Below, in pieces: positions 12,694 through 22,734 of a stretch of DNA of 64,000 nucleotides. The stretch's first letter is position 1; every line of letters begins with the position of its first letter. The stretch is from Felis catus (lineage: Eukaryota): positions 187,986,001 through 188,050,000 of the forward strand of contig NC_058368.1 in assembly GCF_018350175.1 (NCBI RefSeq), read 5' to 3'. The notes under the pieces are model-generated. The model saw nothing but the letters and a program-made list of their open reading frames with translations. It did no database searches and was not told the origin of the DNA. The translations under genes were made by a program, and so were the position numbers.

Positions 12694-14808
12694 ATTTAGT
12701 CCAACCCTCTTGTTCCCTGAAAGTGAGATCTGAAGCCCAGAGATGTAAAACAAGCCTAGGATAACAGAGCTGATTGATGGCAAAGCTCACATTAGAAATC
12801 TATTGCTCTTGAACCCCAGCGCAGTGCTCTTTCCATTTCAGCATGTGGGCAGCCTCTTCACCTATTTGGACCTGTTTCTCTTGCCCCCTAAAGTGAAAGC
12901 TTGCACCTTTGATCCATTCCCTGCATCCTGCTGGGGCCTTCTCCTTCCTGAGGATGCTCTGGTCCTAGTCTCTATAGGTTGGGGGGCAGAGGCAGAAAGA
13001 AGAAAGAAGGACTCAGTTCTCTTCTGAGCCTTTAGTCACAGGTGTGGGATGGTCAAATGAGTAGAGAAAGAGAAAACACAGCTGTAGCTGAGGGACGACT
13101 GGGATCTGGTTTGTAGTACTAAGCTGACTTTCACTGAGATTTTGCTGTGTACCAGACACCGTGTTAAGTCCTTTCCATGCATCAGTGCAAACCCCATGGA
13201 GCAAATAGTAATTAGCCCTATTTTGCAGATGGAGAAACTGAGGCTTACAGGTGAGTGTTCATTTGCCCAAGGTCACATAGCTAATACATGACCAAATCAC
13301 TTCCGTGTACAACCATGATCCAAAGCAGTGTGAACTATTACTCACTTTAACCCAACAAGCCTGCAAAAGGACCCCAAGACCTTGGGGTGGGGGGAAAGCT
13401 TCTCTGCAGTGAGATGTGACCACTCCTGGGAGGGGGGTGGGGTGGAGTACAGCTTCAAACGCTTTCCATGTAATGCACTAAAATTATTTCTGAAAGGCAT
13501 TAACTTGCAAGCCTGCCTTGGAAATGACAACATGGAGAGTAGGTTAAACAGGTTTTTTTCTTCATCCTTGAAAAATGGAAACTCCTAATCTCAATTTGCT
13601 TTCTTTCCATTTGCCCCTTTCTCTTAAAAGCAGTGTGCCTTCAGAATTTTAGTTGTTTGAGGGATTATGTTCAGTTCTAACTGAGCCCTGGGTGTGATTG
13701 CAGGCATATATATGGTTGTGGCACGTAGCAGCCGTTACCTCTTCTGATATCATGGCACATGACTTTGCAATGATCACCTCCCTCCATTCATTTTCCGGAG
13801 TGTCTCCCAGGGACAGGAGAGGAACCCAAAGCAGGTCAGTGCCTTAGAGAAGGGACAAGTGTTTCCCAAGCCATGTGGACAGCATGTCACAGTACCTTCC
13901 TGTAGATTTACCTCCTAACCAGACCTTGTCTTCTTGGGAAAAAATCAGGAAGCTTTTTGAACAACTTAGACCATTAAACACAAGAAGATGGACATATTTT
14001 TATAGGAGAGGAAGAACTCAGTTTCATCCTAGCAGGATTTGCTGTCTGGTAGCTGAAGGTGAGGGACCACTCTAATTTAAATCTGGGTATTCCTTGAATC
14101 ACCAGAGTTAGAACATTTCTGGGTAAAAACTGAAAACATGTGACCCTCCGGGTGTCTTCCTTCTCTTTCAAATCTCAAGCTTTAGTAACTCAAAGGCTGG
14201 ATGGGGCCGTGCAGCTGTTAAAAGGCCCTTATTAACTCATAATGAAGAGAGTGCATTGAGGTGATAGCAAGCGGTAAAGGGAGGAGGGGAGAACGCAACC
14301 TCTGCAAAGCTCATGGGGAGCGTGGGTCTCTGCAAGAGCCCTGGAAATGCTGAATGAAAACTGCCTTTCTGCGTACGAGCCGCCTGCCTGCTTCCCAAAT
14401 GCCGCGTCTGCGGTAACTACAAACTATTTTGTATGCTGCATTAGTGACGCTGCCTTAGCCCGCACATCATTACTACTGAGATAACGCTGGTGTGATGTTC
14501 AAGTCCAGTGTCCTTTTTAATTATTAAACCGATGCTGTTGAATGAGTCATTCCACATACCAGATTTTCCTCCTGTGGTTCTATTTCAAGAGACTAGCGCC
14601 TTACTTAGTGTGTTCCACTAACACCTGAGTTGGTTCTTAGCCAGCTACCCAATCTGCAAAGCCTTTGCAGAACAAACAGTATTCCCCAGGCTCCAAACAC
14701 ACACAGGCTGCATAAAAAACAAACCCCACGAAAAACTTTACAGTAAGCTCGTCAGTAAACCCCAGATCTGAAAACGCCCTGTTCCCCGTCCGCCAGTCCC
14801 CAACTTAC

Positions 14809-15757
14809 CAAGCGGCAGAGCGATGAAGAAGGGTAGCCAGCACAAGATGAACATACCGACCACAATGCCCAAGGTCTTGGCTGCTTTCTTTTCCCTGGAG
14901 AACTTAAAAAGTTTGACAGCTATGGAACTCCTGGGGTTGTGGCCCTTGGCCTTGGTACTGCTGAGGGTGTCCTCATGAAAGTTCTTGGAGTGGATCCTCA
15001 GGGTCAGCTCCTTGGAGTTGGACATCTCCTTCATGACTCCGGCCTCCAGGTTCTTGGTGGTCCTCTTGGCAACGATGTACACGCGACAGTACATGACCAG
15101 AATGACCGCCAGAGGGATGTAGAAGGAGCCCAGGGAGGAGAAGAGGGCGTAGAAAGGTTCTTCAGTGACCCCACATTCTTTGTCATCATTGGGTGCGGGC
15201 TCCTTCCACCCAAGGAGAGGCCCGATGGAGATGACTGTGGACAAGACCCAGACGCTGAGGAGCGCCAAGATGGCCTTCCTCCGGGTGACCAGCGTGGGGT
15301 ACTGCAGAGAGTAGCGCACCCCAATGTAGCGATCGATAGAGATGGCGCACAGGCTCAGAATGGAGGCCGTGCAGCACAGGACGTCCACGGCGGCCCAGAT
15401 GTCACAGAAGACCCGTCCCAGCACCCAGTAGCCGAGCACTTCCAGGGCCGCCGAGAAGGGCAGCACGGTGAAACTCAGCAGCAGGTCGGCAATGGCCAGG
15501 TTGACGATGAAGTAGTTGGTGGGCGTCCGCAGGTGACGGTTGCAGGCCACCGACAGGATGACCACGATGTTGCCCACGATGGCAAAGAGGATGAAGGCGC
15601 CCAGCACCAGGCCCACGGAGATGGCCCTGGTGATGTCCAGCTGGGGCAGTGTGGAGTTGCTCGAGGTCTGGTTGGGGCCAGTGAAGTTGGCATTTTTCAA
15701 CTCTCCCCAGTGGGCAGGTGCTGATGTGTTGTGGCCGGTGTCCAGATCGGGATTCAT
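14809..15757 (-). CDS. ADRA1B: Alpha-1B adrenergic receptor, first coding exon (N-terminus to end of TM6; 949 nt = 316 codons + 1 nt, phase-1 intron follows)
   Basis: Translation [25 protein letters not shown]...FFIALPLG is recognisable as ADRA1B. Class A GPCR motifs GN (TM1), LAIAD, D125, DRY142-144 and CWLPFF are present, with sequons at N10/N24/N29/N34. A canonical donor CTTG|GTAAGT (intron starts 14808) sits at the intron position shared by alpha-1 receptor genes. Confidence 0.98.
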
Positions 15758-15758
15758 T

Positions 15759-15776
15759 TTAGAGTCGGCCCTCCAT
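15759..15776 (-). other. Upstream mini-ORF Met-Glu-Gly-Arg-Leu-stop
   Basis: Minus strand reads GGCT ATG GAG GGC CGA CTC TAA A ATG(main). Confidence 0.8.
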
Positions 15777-15818
15777 AGCCTGGGGTGAGCGGGGCTGGAA
15801 GGGCTGCGGCCGAGCTCC

Positions 15819-15887
15819 TCAGCTGCCCTGCAACTTTGCTTCGCCCGCGGTCTTCTTCCCAGAGGCGCCCTCCCGGCGAGGACTCAT
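15819..15887 (-). other. Upstream ORF, 22 aa ([22 protein letters not shown])
   Basis: ATG at 15887 in context GAG ATG A, with TGA at 15821-15819. Confidence 0.6.
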
Positions 15888-16011
15888 CTCCCCCCCGGGC
15901 AGCCCAGCCCCGGCGGCGCGTCTCCTGCCTGCACCGAGCCGCCCGCTCGCCCGGCTGTCAGAGGGAGGCGGAGGAGAGAGGGGCCGAGGCGGCAGCTCCA
16001 AGTTTAATGGT

Positions 16012-16019
16012 CCACGTCA
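16012..16019 (-). promoter_or_regulatory. CRE/ATF-like site TGACGTGG
   Basis: Plus strand ccacgtca within the CpG island. Motif match only. Confidence 0.4.
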
Positions 16020-16191
16020 GGCGCGCCGGGCCGGCCAGGCGGGGAGCGGCGCGGGAGGGGCGGCGGGCAGGGGGGCGCCCGGCTCGGCTCGGCCCGGCCG
16101 GCGGCGGGTGTGCGGGCAGCGGCGCCCAGCGCAGCCAGCGCCGAGGAGGGTCTGCTCGCAACCAGCCGCCTCTGGGCTGACTGCACGGCGG

Positions 16192-16199
16192 TGACATCA
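16192..16199. promoter_or_regulatory. CRE/AP-1-like site TGACATCA
   Basis: One mismatch to the TGACGTCA palindrome, inside the CpG island. Motif match only. Confidence 0.4.
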
Positions 16200-16228
16200 G
16201 GCGGGGGAGCCCGGCGCCCTGACTCCGC

Positions 16229-16247
16229 GCGGCACTAGGGGGCAATG
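16229..16247 (+). promoter_or_regulatory. Possible CTCF motif
   Basis: GCGGCACTAGGGGGCAATG resembles the CTCF core CCACYAGRGGGCRC. Motif match only. Confidence 0.35.
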
Positions 16248-16644
16248 CGGGTCCGGCGAAGGCGCCCGCAGCCCCGACGCCGCCACCCTGGGCAGCCCTG
16301 GGCCGGCCGCGCTCCCCGCCACCCTCCCCCACCGACCTACGCGAGCCAAGGGTTGGGAGGGAGAGGAAGGGTGACCTGAGCTTGGGGAGCCCCGTCCCCC
16401 ACCCTGAGGTGCCCGCTGGGATTCTTGCCCCTCCTGTTCACCCTTGGGTCTCAAAAGTGGCGTGGGGTGCTTACCGCTCCTGGGGGAGGGGGCGTCTGGA
16501 ATCAGCACCCAGATTTAGGGGGATAGGCAACTTGTGTGGAGCCTGAAAGAAGAATTGCCAGGTTAGGCAGCAGGTGAGAGGGTCTTGAGTGGGATCTGAG
16601 ACCAACCCCCAGCCTTTACCTCCCTGGTAAGCCCAGAGGCTTCT

Positions 16645-16877
16645 CTTCGTTCATTCGTTTGTTCACTCACTCACTTGTTCATTCAACAAATTGTTAACCG
16701 GGTACCCACTGCCTGCGCTGGGGGACATGGCAATTGAAGCAAGTGGACCAAGACCCCTGCCCTCCAGGAGCTTCATTCTACTGGGAGGAGACAGACAATA
16801 AACAAATAAGCAAATTGCGAGGTGTGTCTTATGTTGACAAGTGTAACAGAAGATAAAGCAAGGAGGGGAAATGGAAT

Positions 16878-16921
<44 letters not shown>

Positions 16922-17030
16922 GTGGGGGCGGGTATTTGAAATTATAAATGGGTTCCCTGGATGTCACTGAAGTGATGTTGGAGTCAAGACCTGAAAGAAA
17001 TGAGGAACAAGCCAATGGGCTATTTGGGGG
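16645..17030 (-). mobile_element. L2 3' fragment containing (GT)21 at 16879-16920
   Basis: Starts with (ttca)n-like tail, followed by ccctgccctccaggagcttcattctactgggaggagacagacaataaac. Confidence 0.65.
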
Positions 17031-18120
17031 TGAGGGTGAGGGTGATGGTGGTGGTGGCAGCATTAAGAGACCTCCAGACATCTGAGGAAGGGACTTGGGA
17101 AATCCAGATTATTTATTGATTTTTTTCCTTTTCTGTCTGATATCCATGTTGGACAGTTATAGGGATACACTTCCAAAGGTGGGCATATGGTGCTTAGGAG
17201 AGAAGAAATGTGCTGAGGGAGAGCCTCACGTTGGTTAACATTTTTTCGACACTTGTTATGTCCCAGACAGTATGCTAAGTACATTTTGCATTTTCTGATA
17301 ATCATAAGAAAGAAGGGCTGTTCTCATCATCATTTCCGTTTTGTGGAAGGGACAAGGTACAGTGAAGTTCAGCTCTGCCCAAGTCCACATAGCCATCATG
17401 GAGAGGAGCTAGGAATTGAACTCAACTCTACAAGTCTGTTGCGAGTTGAGCGCTTAGCAGCTGTGTCACCCTTTTCCCCTGAAAGCACTGTAGGGGGTGG
17501 ATTTATTTCCCTAGATTTATTGAGAAATAATTGACATAACATTGTGTGAGTTTAAGGTATCCAATGTGTTGAATTGATGTACTTAGATATTGTAAAATGA
17601 TTATCATCATAGTATTAGCAAAGATCTTCATCATGTCCCATAAATACCATTTCTTTCTTGCAATGAGGACATTTAAGATCTACTTTCATAGCAACTTTCA
17701 AATATATAATATAGCATTATTAACTATAATTACCATGGTGTACCTTAGATCCCCAGAACTTACTCATTTTATAACTGGAAGTTCATACGCTTTGATCAAC
17801 ATCTTCCCATTCTGCTATCCCCAGCCCCTGACAATCACCACTCAACTCTGTTTCTATCAGTTTGGCTTTTAGATTCCACATATAAGTGATATCATAGTAT
17901 TTGTCTCTCTCTGTCTATCTTACTTCACTTAGCATAATGCCTCAAGTTTCATCCATGTTGTAGCAATGGCAGGATTTCCTTCTGTCTCTTGACTGAAATA
18001 ATATTCCATTGTGCATGTGTACTCTGTATTTTTTATTCATCCACCAGTTGATGGACACTTAGATGGTTTCCATCCTTGGCTAATGTGAATAATGCTGCAT
18101 GAACATGGAGGTGCAGGTAG

Positions 18121-18275
18121 CTCTTTCCCCTTCTCCTTCTCCTTCCCCTTCTCCTTCTCCTTCTCCTTCTCCTTCTCCTTCTCCTTCTCCTTCTCCTTCT
18201 CCTTCTCCTTCTCCTTCTCCTTCCTCTTCCTCTTCTTCTTCTTCTTCTTCTTCTTCTTCTTCTTCTTCTTCTTCC
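18121..18275. repeat. Compound (TTCTCC)n-(TTC)n microsatellite, 155 nt of pure pyrimidine
   Basis: Read directly from the sequence. No purine on the plus strand from 18121 to 18275. Confidence 0.97.
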
Positions 18276-18461
18276 ATGTTTATTTATTTTTGAGTGAAAG
18301 AGAGAGTGTGAGCTGAGGAGGGGCAGAGAGAGAGGGAGACAGAGGATCTGAAGCAGGCTCTGGGCTGTTGGCACAGACACCAACGTGGGGCTCAAACTCA
18401 CAAACTGTGAGATCATGACCTGAAGTCGGATGCTTAACTGCCTGAGCCACCCAGGTGCCCC
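18276..18461 (-). mobile_element. Can-SINE (felid type)
   Basis: atgtttatttattttt ... tgagccacccaggtgcccc. Confidence 0.93.
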
Positions 18462-20156
18462 AAGATCCTATTTTCATTTGCTGTGGATATATATCCAGGA
18501 GTGAAATTGCTGGATTATGTGGTAGTTCTATTTTTAATTTGGGGGGGAAACTCCATATTGTTTTTCAAAGTGACTCTACCAATTTACATTTGAGGAAGGG
18601 AGTGGATTGATTGTTGTAGAGAGAGCTATCTCCCAAGTAGAAAATTTTGAGACCTGAGTGACTAGTACTATAAGGGAACTCACATTTATTGAGCTCCTAC
18701 TGAGAGCCAAGCATTTACTTGTTTTTGTTTATTCTTCACAACAATCCTTTGAGACTGGCGTAACCATTGTCCATTGAGAGATAAGAAAACCGTGGTTCCA
18801 AGAGATTTGGTGCATTCCTGAGGTCATGTGGTTAGTAGACATGTGGCAGAGCAAAGTAGTGACAGCTATAGATTGAAAAGTAAAGTTTGATGCCATCGTT
18901 TACTCTCGTCCAGAAGCTTGAACCTAGGGCTTCCCACTGTCTACCTTTGATAATCACTAAAACCTGATATTCAGGGGTGGGGAGCCAGAAGAATGCTCAG
19001 GGTGATTTACATTTAAGTCCTCAACCTAAAGGTAGCATCTTAACCTCTTTTTTTATTTTATAAACATGTAATAAAAATATATAAATACATATATGTATGT
19101 ATTTGGGGAGCAGGGGGTTAACGCACACCTATCCAAGGTTTTAATCTAAGGCTTTAATCGTCTCCTCCCACTAAAATGCAGAGATTCTCACATGCACAAA
19201 ATACATGGTTTCAAGAGGTTCCCTGAAATTAAGAAATGTGTGGTAGGGGCAACCCTGAAAACAGATTTTTTTTCCCCCTATTTCAATTAAATTTGCTGAA
19301 GTGGGTATCTGAAGATTCTAAAAATCTGAGAAACACAGGTTTAAGGTGATTTAGCTCTTCAAGAGCTATCAGAACTTGCCCTTGCCCATCTTCCCATTGT
19401 GGTGGTCTAGGAGGCAAAGGGAATTGGTAAACTCCCATAGATAGTCATGTGCCAAGCTGGTTATCAAACTCCAGTTCCCCAGCCCACAGAACAGTGTTCC
19501 TTCCTCTGCCCCAAAGGGAAGCCACACATGATATCCACTCATGACTTGGTTCAGGTATCAGAATGTGGAAGAGATTATTGAGCCAGATCAAAAGGTCCAA
19601 AATCTGTGCATATTTCAGACGTGATGTCATTTACCGGTGTCTTTCACAAAGTCAAAACAAACATCCCACCCAAAGGTAAACAGGTAGGTAGGTATTAGTC
19701 TTAAAAGCAGCCATGTACCAGGACCCCACTAAGTAACCTTTGCTAATGGTCCTTTCCTTGCTGCTCCTCCCCTCCCTTCACAGGAGATACCTCTTAACCC
19801 CTCTGGCTGATATCTGACCCACGGAATTGACCATTTGTTTAGGTGTCATGAGGATACAGGCTATATTTCATTTTCTCGGTACTCTCTGGGGCAAAGCCAA
19901 GCATAGAGCTCTGACTCACTCGAGGCTTGGGGAAGAAGAACCTTTTCATTATCCATCTGATTACATTACAAACCTCTGATGTCGCAAGCTCCCATTTTTG
20001 TGAGCCCTCTAGGAGAAGCTGCCATTGAGTTTGACCTGTGGGGAGACCAAGGCTATACAAGGTTCTGAGATCAGCTTAGAGACTCTATGGGAGGAGACCT
20101 CTCACCTGTGACCAGGCAGTTTTACATGGTACTCCCTCTCTAATTCTCTACAGTTT

Positions 20157-20390
20157 TCTTTTCTTTTCTTTTCTTCTTTTTTTAAAAATTTAAATGTTTG
20201 TTTATTTTTTGAGAGAGAGACAAAGTACAAGCAGGGGAGGAGCACAGAGAGAGGGAGACAGAATCTGAAGCAAGCTTCAGGCTCCGAGCTGTCAGCACAG
20301 AGCCAGATGTGGGGCTCGAACCCACGAGATGTGAGATCATGTCCTGAGCCAAAGTCGAATGCTTAACCAACTGAGCCACCCAGGCACCCC
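20157..20390 (-). mobile_element. Can-SINE (felid type)
   Basis: Full head and body with (TTTTC)n tail. Degenerate TSD ctctacagttttc / ctctgtagttttc. Confidence 0.93.
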
Positions 20391-22534
20391 TCTCTCTGTA
20401 GTTTTCAACTCAACCATCCACGTATGGGAACATCTGCTCTGTGTAGGGCACCATGCTAGGTGCTGTGTGCAAATCAAAGATGAATTAAATCAAGCAAGCG
20501 ATAACCTAGCACTGAGCTAGGTGCTGTGAGAGAGGATGATTTGGTAAAGCACCCCTCAGAGAGTACCTGCTGTGTGCCAGGCACTGTGCAAGGGACTCCA
20601 CGTGCATTTACTCAAATCTTCACAGCAATGCAAGGCAAGAATTGTCCCCATTTTTCAAGCCAGGAAACTGAAGTTCAGAGGGGTTCATTCACTGAGTAAG
20701 CAGCATTGGTATTCGAAGCATTGTTGTCTGGCTCCAAAGCTTGCATCCTTCTCTCTGCACCAGACTGAGATTAAAAAAAAAAGAAAAGAAAAAGAAAAAG
20801 TGGCAGAAGGCTCAGTGTTAGCCCTGAAGGACATTACAACAGAAAACAGAATGTGATCAGGGTCCTGAGCAAAGCAGAGGTCAGGGAAGGGATGGCAAGG
20901 CAGAGCTCTCCAGGGCAGAGGGCTCTGCGGAGGGACTCCTTAGTTCAGGTTTCCTGGTCTCCAAGGCCAGCACTTGGTCTGCTGAGGATTTGAGAGCCGA
21001 CTTGGATTCTAACCCTGCTTCCCTCATGTAACAGCTATTAATATGACCTTGGGCAAGATAATAAAGTGAACTCTAGCATCAGATAGACCCGGGGTATGTC
21101 CCAGTTCCCATAATTTATTAGCTGTGTGTCCTCGGGCAAGTCACTTAATCACTCTGAGCCCTAGTTTCCTCATCTGTGAAATGAAGGTCATGATAGTCCC
21201 TAATTCAGACAGGGCTGAGGTGAGGATTAAATGTGATAATGGGTGTAAAGTGCCTAGCACCTAGTAAGAGTAATATCAGCCAAGATTATTAAGGGCTTTC
21301 TAGGTTCTAGCCATGGTGCCCCAAATGCCTTCTATACATCATCTGATTTAATCCTGATAATAATATTATGAGGTGGACGCTATTACTATTGACATTTAAT
21401 AGACGAGGAAATTGAGTCTCAGAATAGCCGCCCCAGGCCGCAGGGCTAGCAGGTTAATACAACGCACCTGTTTTTAGCACTGGCTAAAAATGAAAAAGAA
21501 TTGGAGGAGTGAGGTAGACTTGGGTCTCCAGGACTTGGAGGAGAAGTTTTGCCCCTGCTGTGGCCCAGATGGGAGAAATGAGAAGCACCATTTGTTCTGG
21601 GCAGGGGACACTGGCTGTAGCAGAAGCACTTCCTCTGCCTCCAAAGGCAACGGGTCAGAGGCTCCCAGGAGGGAGAGATTTCAGCTCCTGCCCTGGCCCT
21701 CCCGGGCACACCTGTCCTCTCTGGTAATTACAGTTTGTCAGTCTTTGGTGTGGGTTCCCCTAGCCCAGAAATTCTCGTGGCACAGCATTTCCTGGGAAGG
21801 TAGAGAGAGCTCAGTAGCAGCCCTTTGCAGCAGGCTGGTGAAGGTTAGTTGCCAAGTCATATCCAGGAGCTGTATTCAAGTCACGTGCTCCAGGAGAGCC
21901 CAGGAACCCTGAGTTGGGGGCTGGGGCGTGAGGGCACAGGGGGTGCCAGAAGGTGGAATGTGACCACCTGCTGACTCTGGAACCAGGGAACCCTTCTTTC
22001 TTATGCCCCAGCAACTCCTCTGGTGGGACAAGGTAAACAGGTGCTGCAGACTTGAAGGTGAGGGAGCATGTGTGCTGTTTTCTCAAACGACTCTCCCTGT
22101 CCCTTTATGGCTTTGGGCTTTGCCCATCCTTTTGCCCAGGAATCTGTGGTGGTCCCAGAATTTCTCCAGAAAGAGGCTTTAGGTTGCAATCTGATTTGAA
22201 GGTGCGTGGCAGCTGTGTTTGTGCTGTGCTGTCCACAAGACTGATGCCATTGTCCACAACAAAGACCGAGGGCAGGGAGTTGATGGAGGTTTTACTGGCG
22301 CTAACGCTCTCCCAAGCTGCCTCTGTATTGCCACTGCCAGGATTTACTTTCTAACCACATTTGTTAAAACCATCAAAGGTTAATGCAAAATATCACAAAA
22401 CAAAATTTATGGCAATAGGCTCCTTACCGCTGACTTTTCAAGTCACTGGCCCTTCTGGGCTCTTCTACAACAGAAGTTAGGATCACCAACTTCTGAAATG
22501 TCAGATTCAAAAGGATTCTAAAGATCATCTAGTT

Positions 22535-22734
22535 CGGGGGTCAGCAAACTACAGCCGGTGGAACAAATCCAGCCTGCCTGTTTTTGTAAATAAAGTTTTA
22601 TTGGAACACAGCCACAGTCATTCCCTTATGTTTTGTCTTTGGGTACTTTCATGTTACAATGACAGAATTGAGTAGCTGCAACAGGTAAAATATTTGCTCT
22701 CTGACCCTTTATAGAAAATGTTTGCTGACCCTTG
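22535..22734. mobile_element. MER58A-like hAT-Charlie MITE
   Basis: Terminal inverted repeats cgggggtcagcaaac / gtttgctgacccttg and an 8-bp TSD atctagtt / atctactt. Confidence 0.8.

Larger units (their letters stand above)
1..14808 (-). other. ADRA1B: Part of the large ADRA1B intron (the exon encoding TM7 and the C-tail lies beyond base 1)
   Basis: GTAAGT donor at 14808. No ORF with TM7/NPxxY sequence in 1-14808, which is repeat-rich. Confidence 0.9.
15780..16500 (-). promoter_or_regulatory. CpG island covering the ADRA1B proximal promoter and 5' leader
   Basis: Very GC- and CpG-rich stretch directly upstream of the ATG, with GC boxes (e.g. ggggcgg about 16057-16063). CpG richness continues into the coding exon. 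Confidence 0.9.
17505..18590 (-). mobile_element. L1MA-type 3' end, interrupted by a SINE and its microsatellite tail
   Basis: tttattgagaaataattgacataacattgtg; tttagattccacatataagtgatatcat; gatggacacttagatggtttccat; ggattatgtggtagttctattttt. Confidence 0.85.

Noticed and set aside
14738..14808. The last 23 codons of the 339-aa ORF as normal ADRA1B coding sequence
   Set aside because: They follow a canonical GTAAGT donor and lack TM7/NPxxY, so they are intronic read-through.
14939..15724. 261-aa plus-strand ORF antisense to ADRA1B
   Set aside because: Shadow ORF expected from GC-rich codon usage on the opposite strand. It has no ATG start or recognisable domain.
15785..16508. Other 60-131 aa Arg/Gly/Pro/Ala-rich ORFs in the CpG island
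   Set aside because: Stop codons are scarce in GC-rich DNA, and these frames begin at non-ATG codons.
18033..18416. Poly-Arg, poly-Glu/Gly-Glu and Ser-Pro ORFs
   Set aside because: These are translations of the microsatellite and adjacent SINE.
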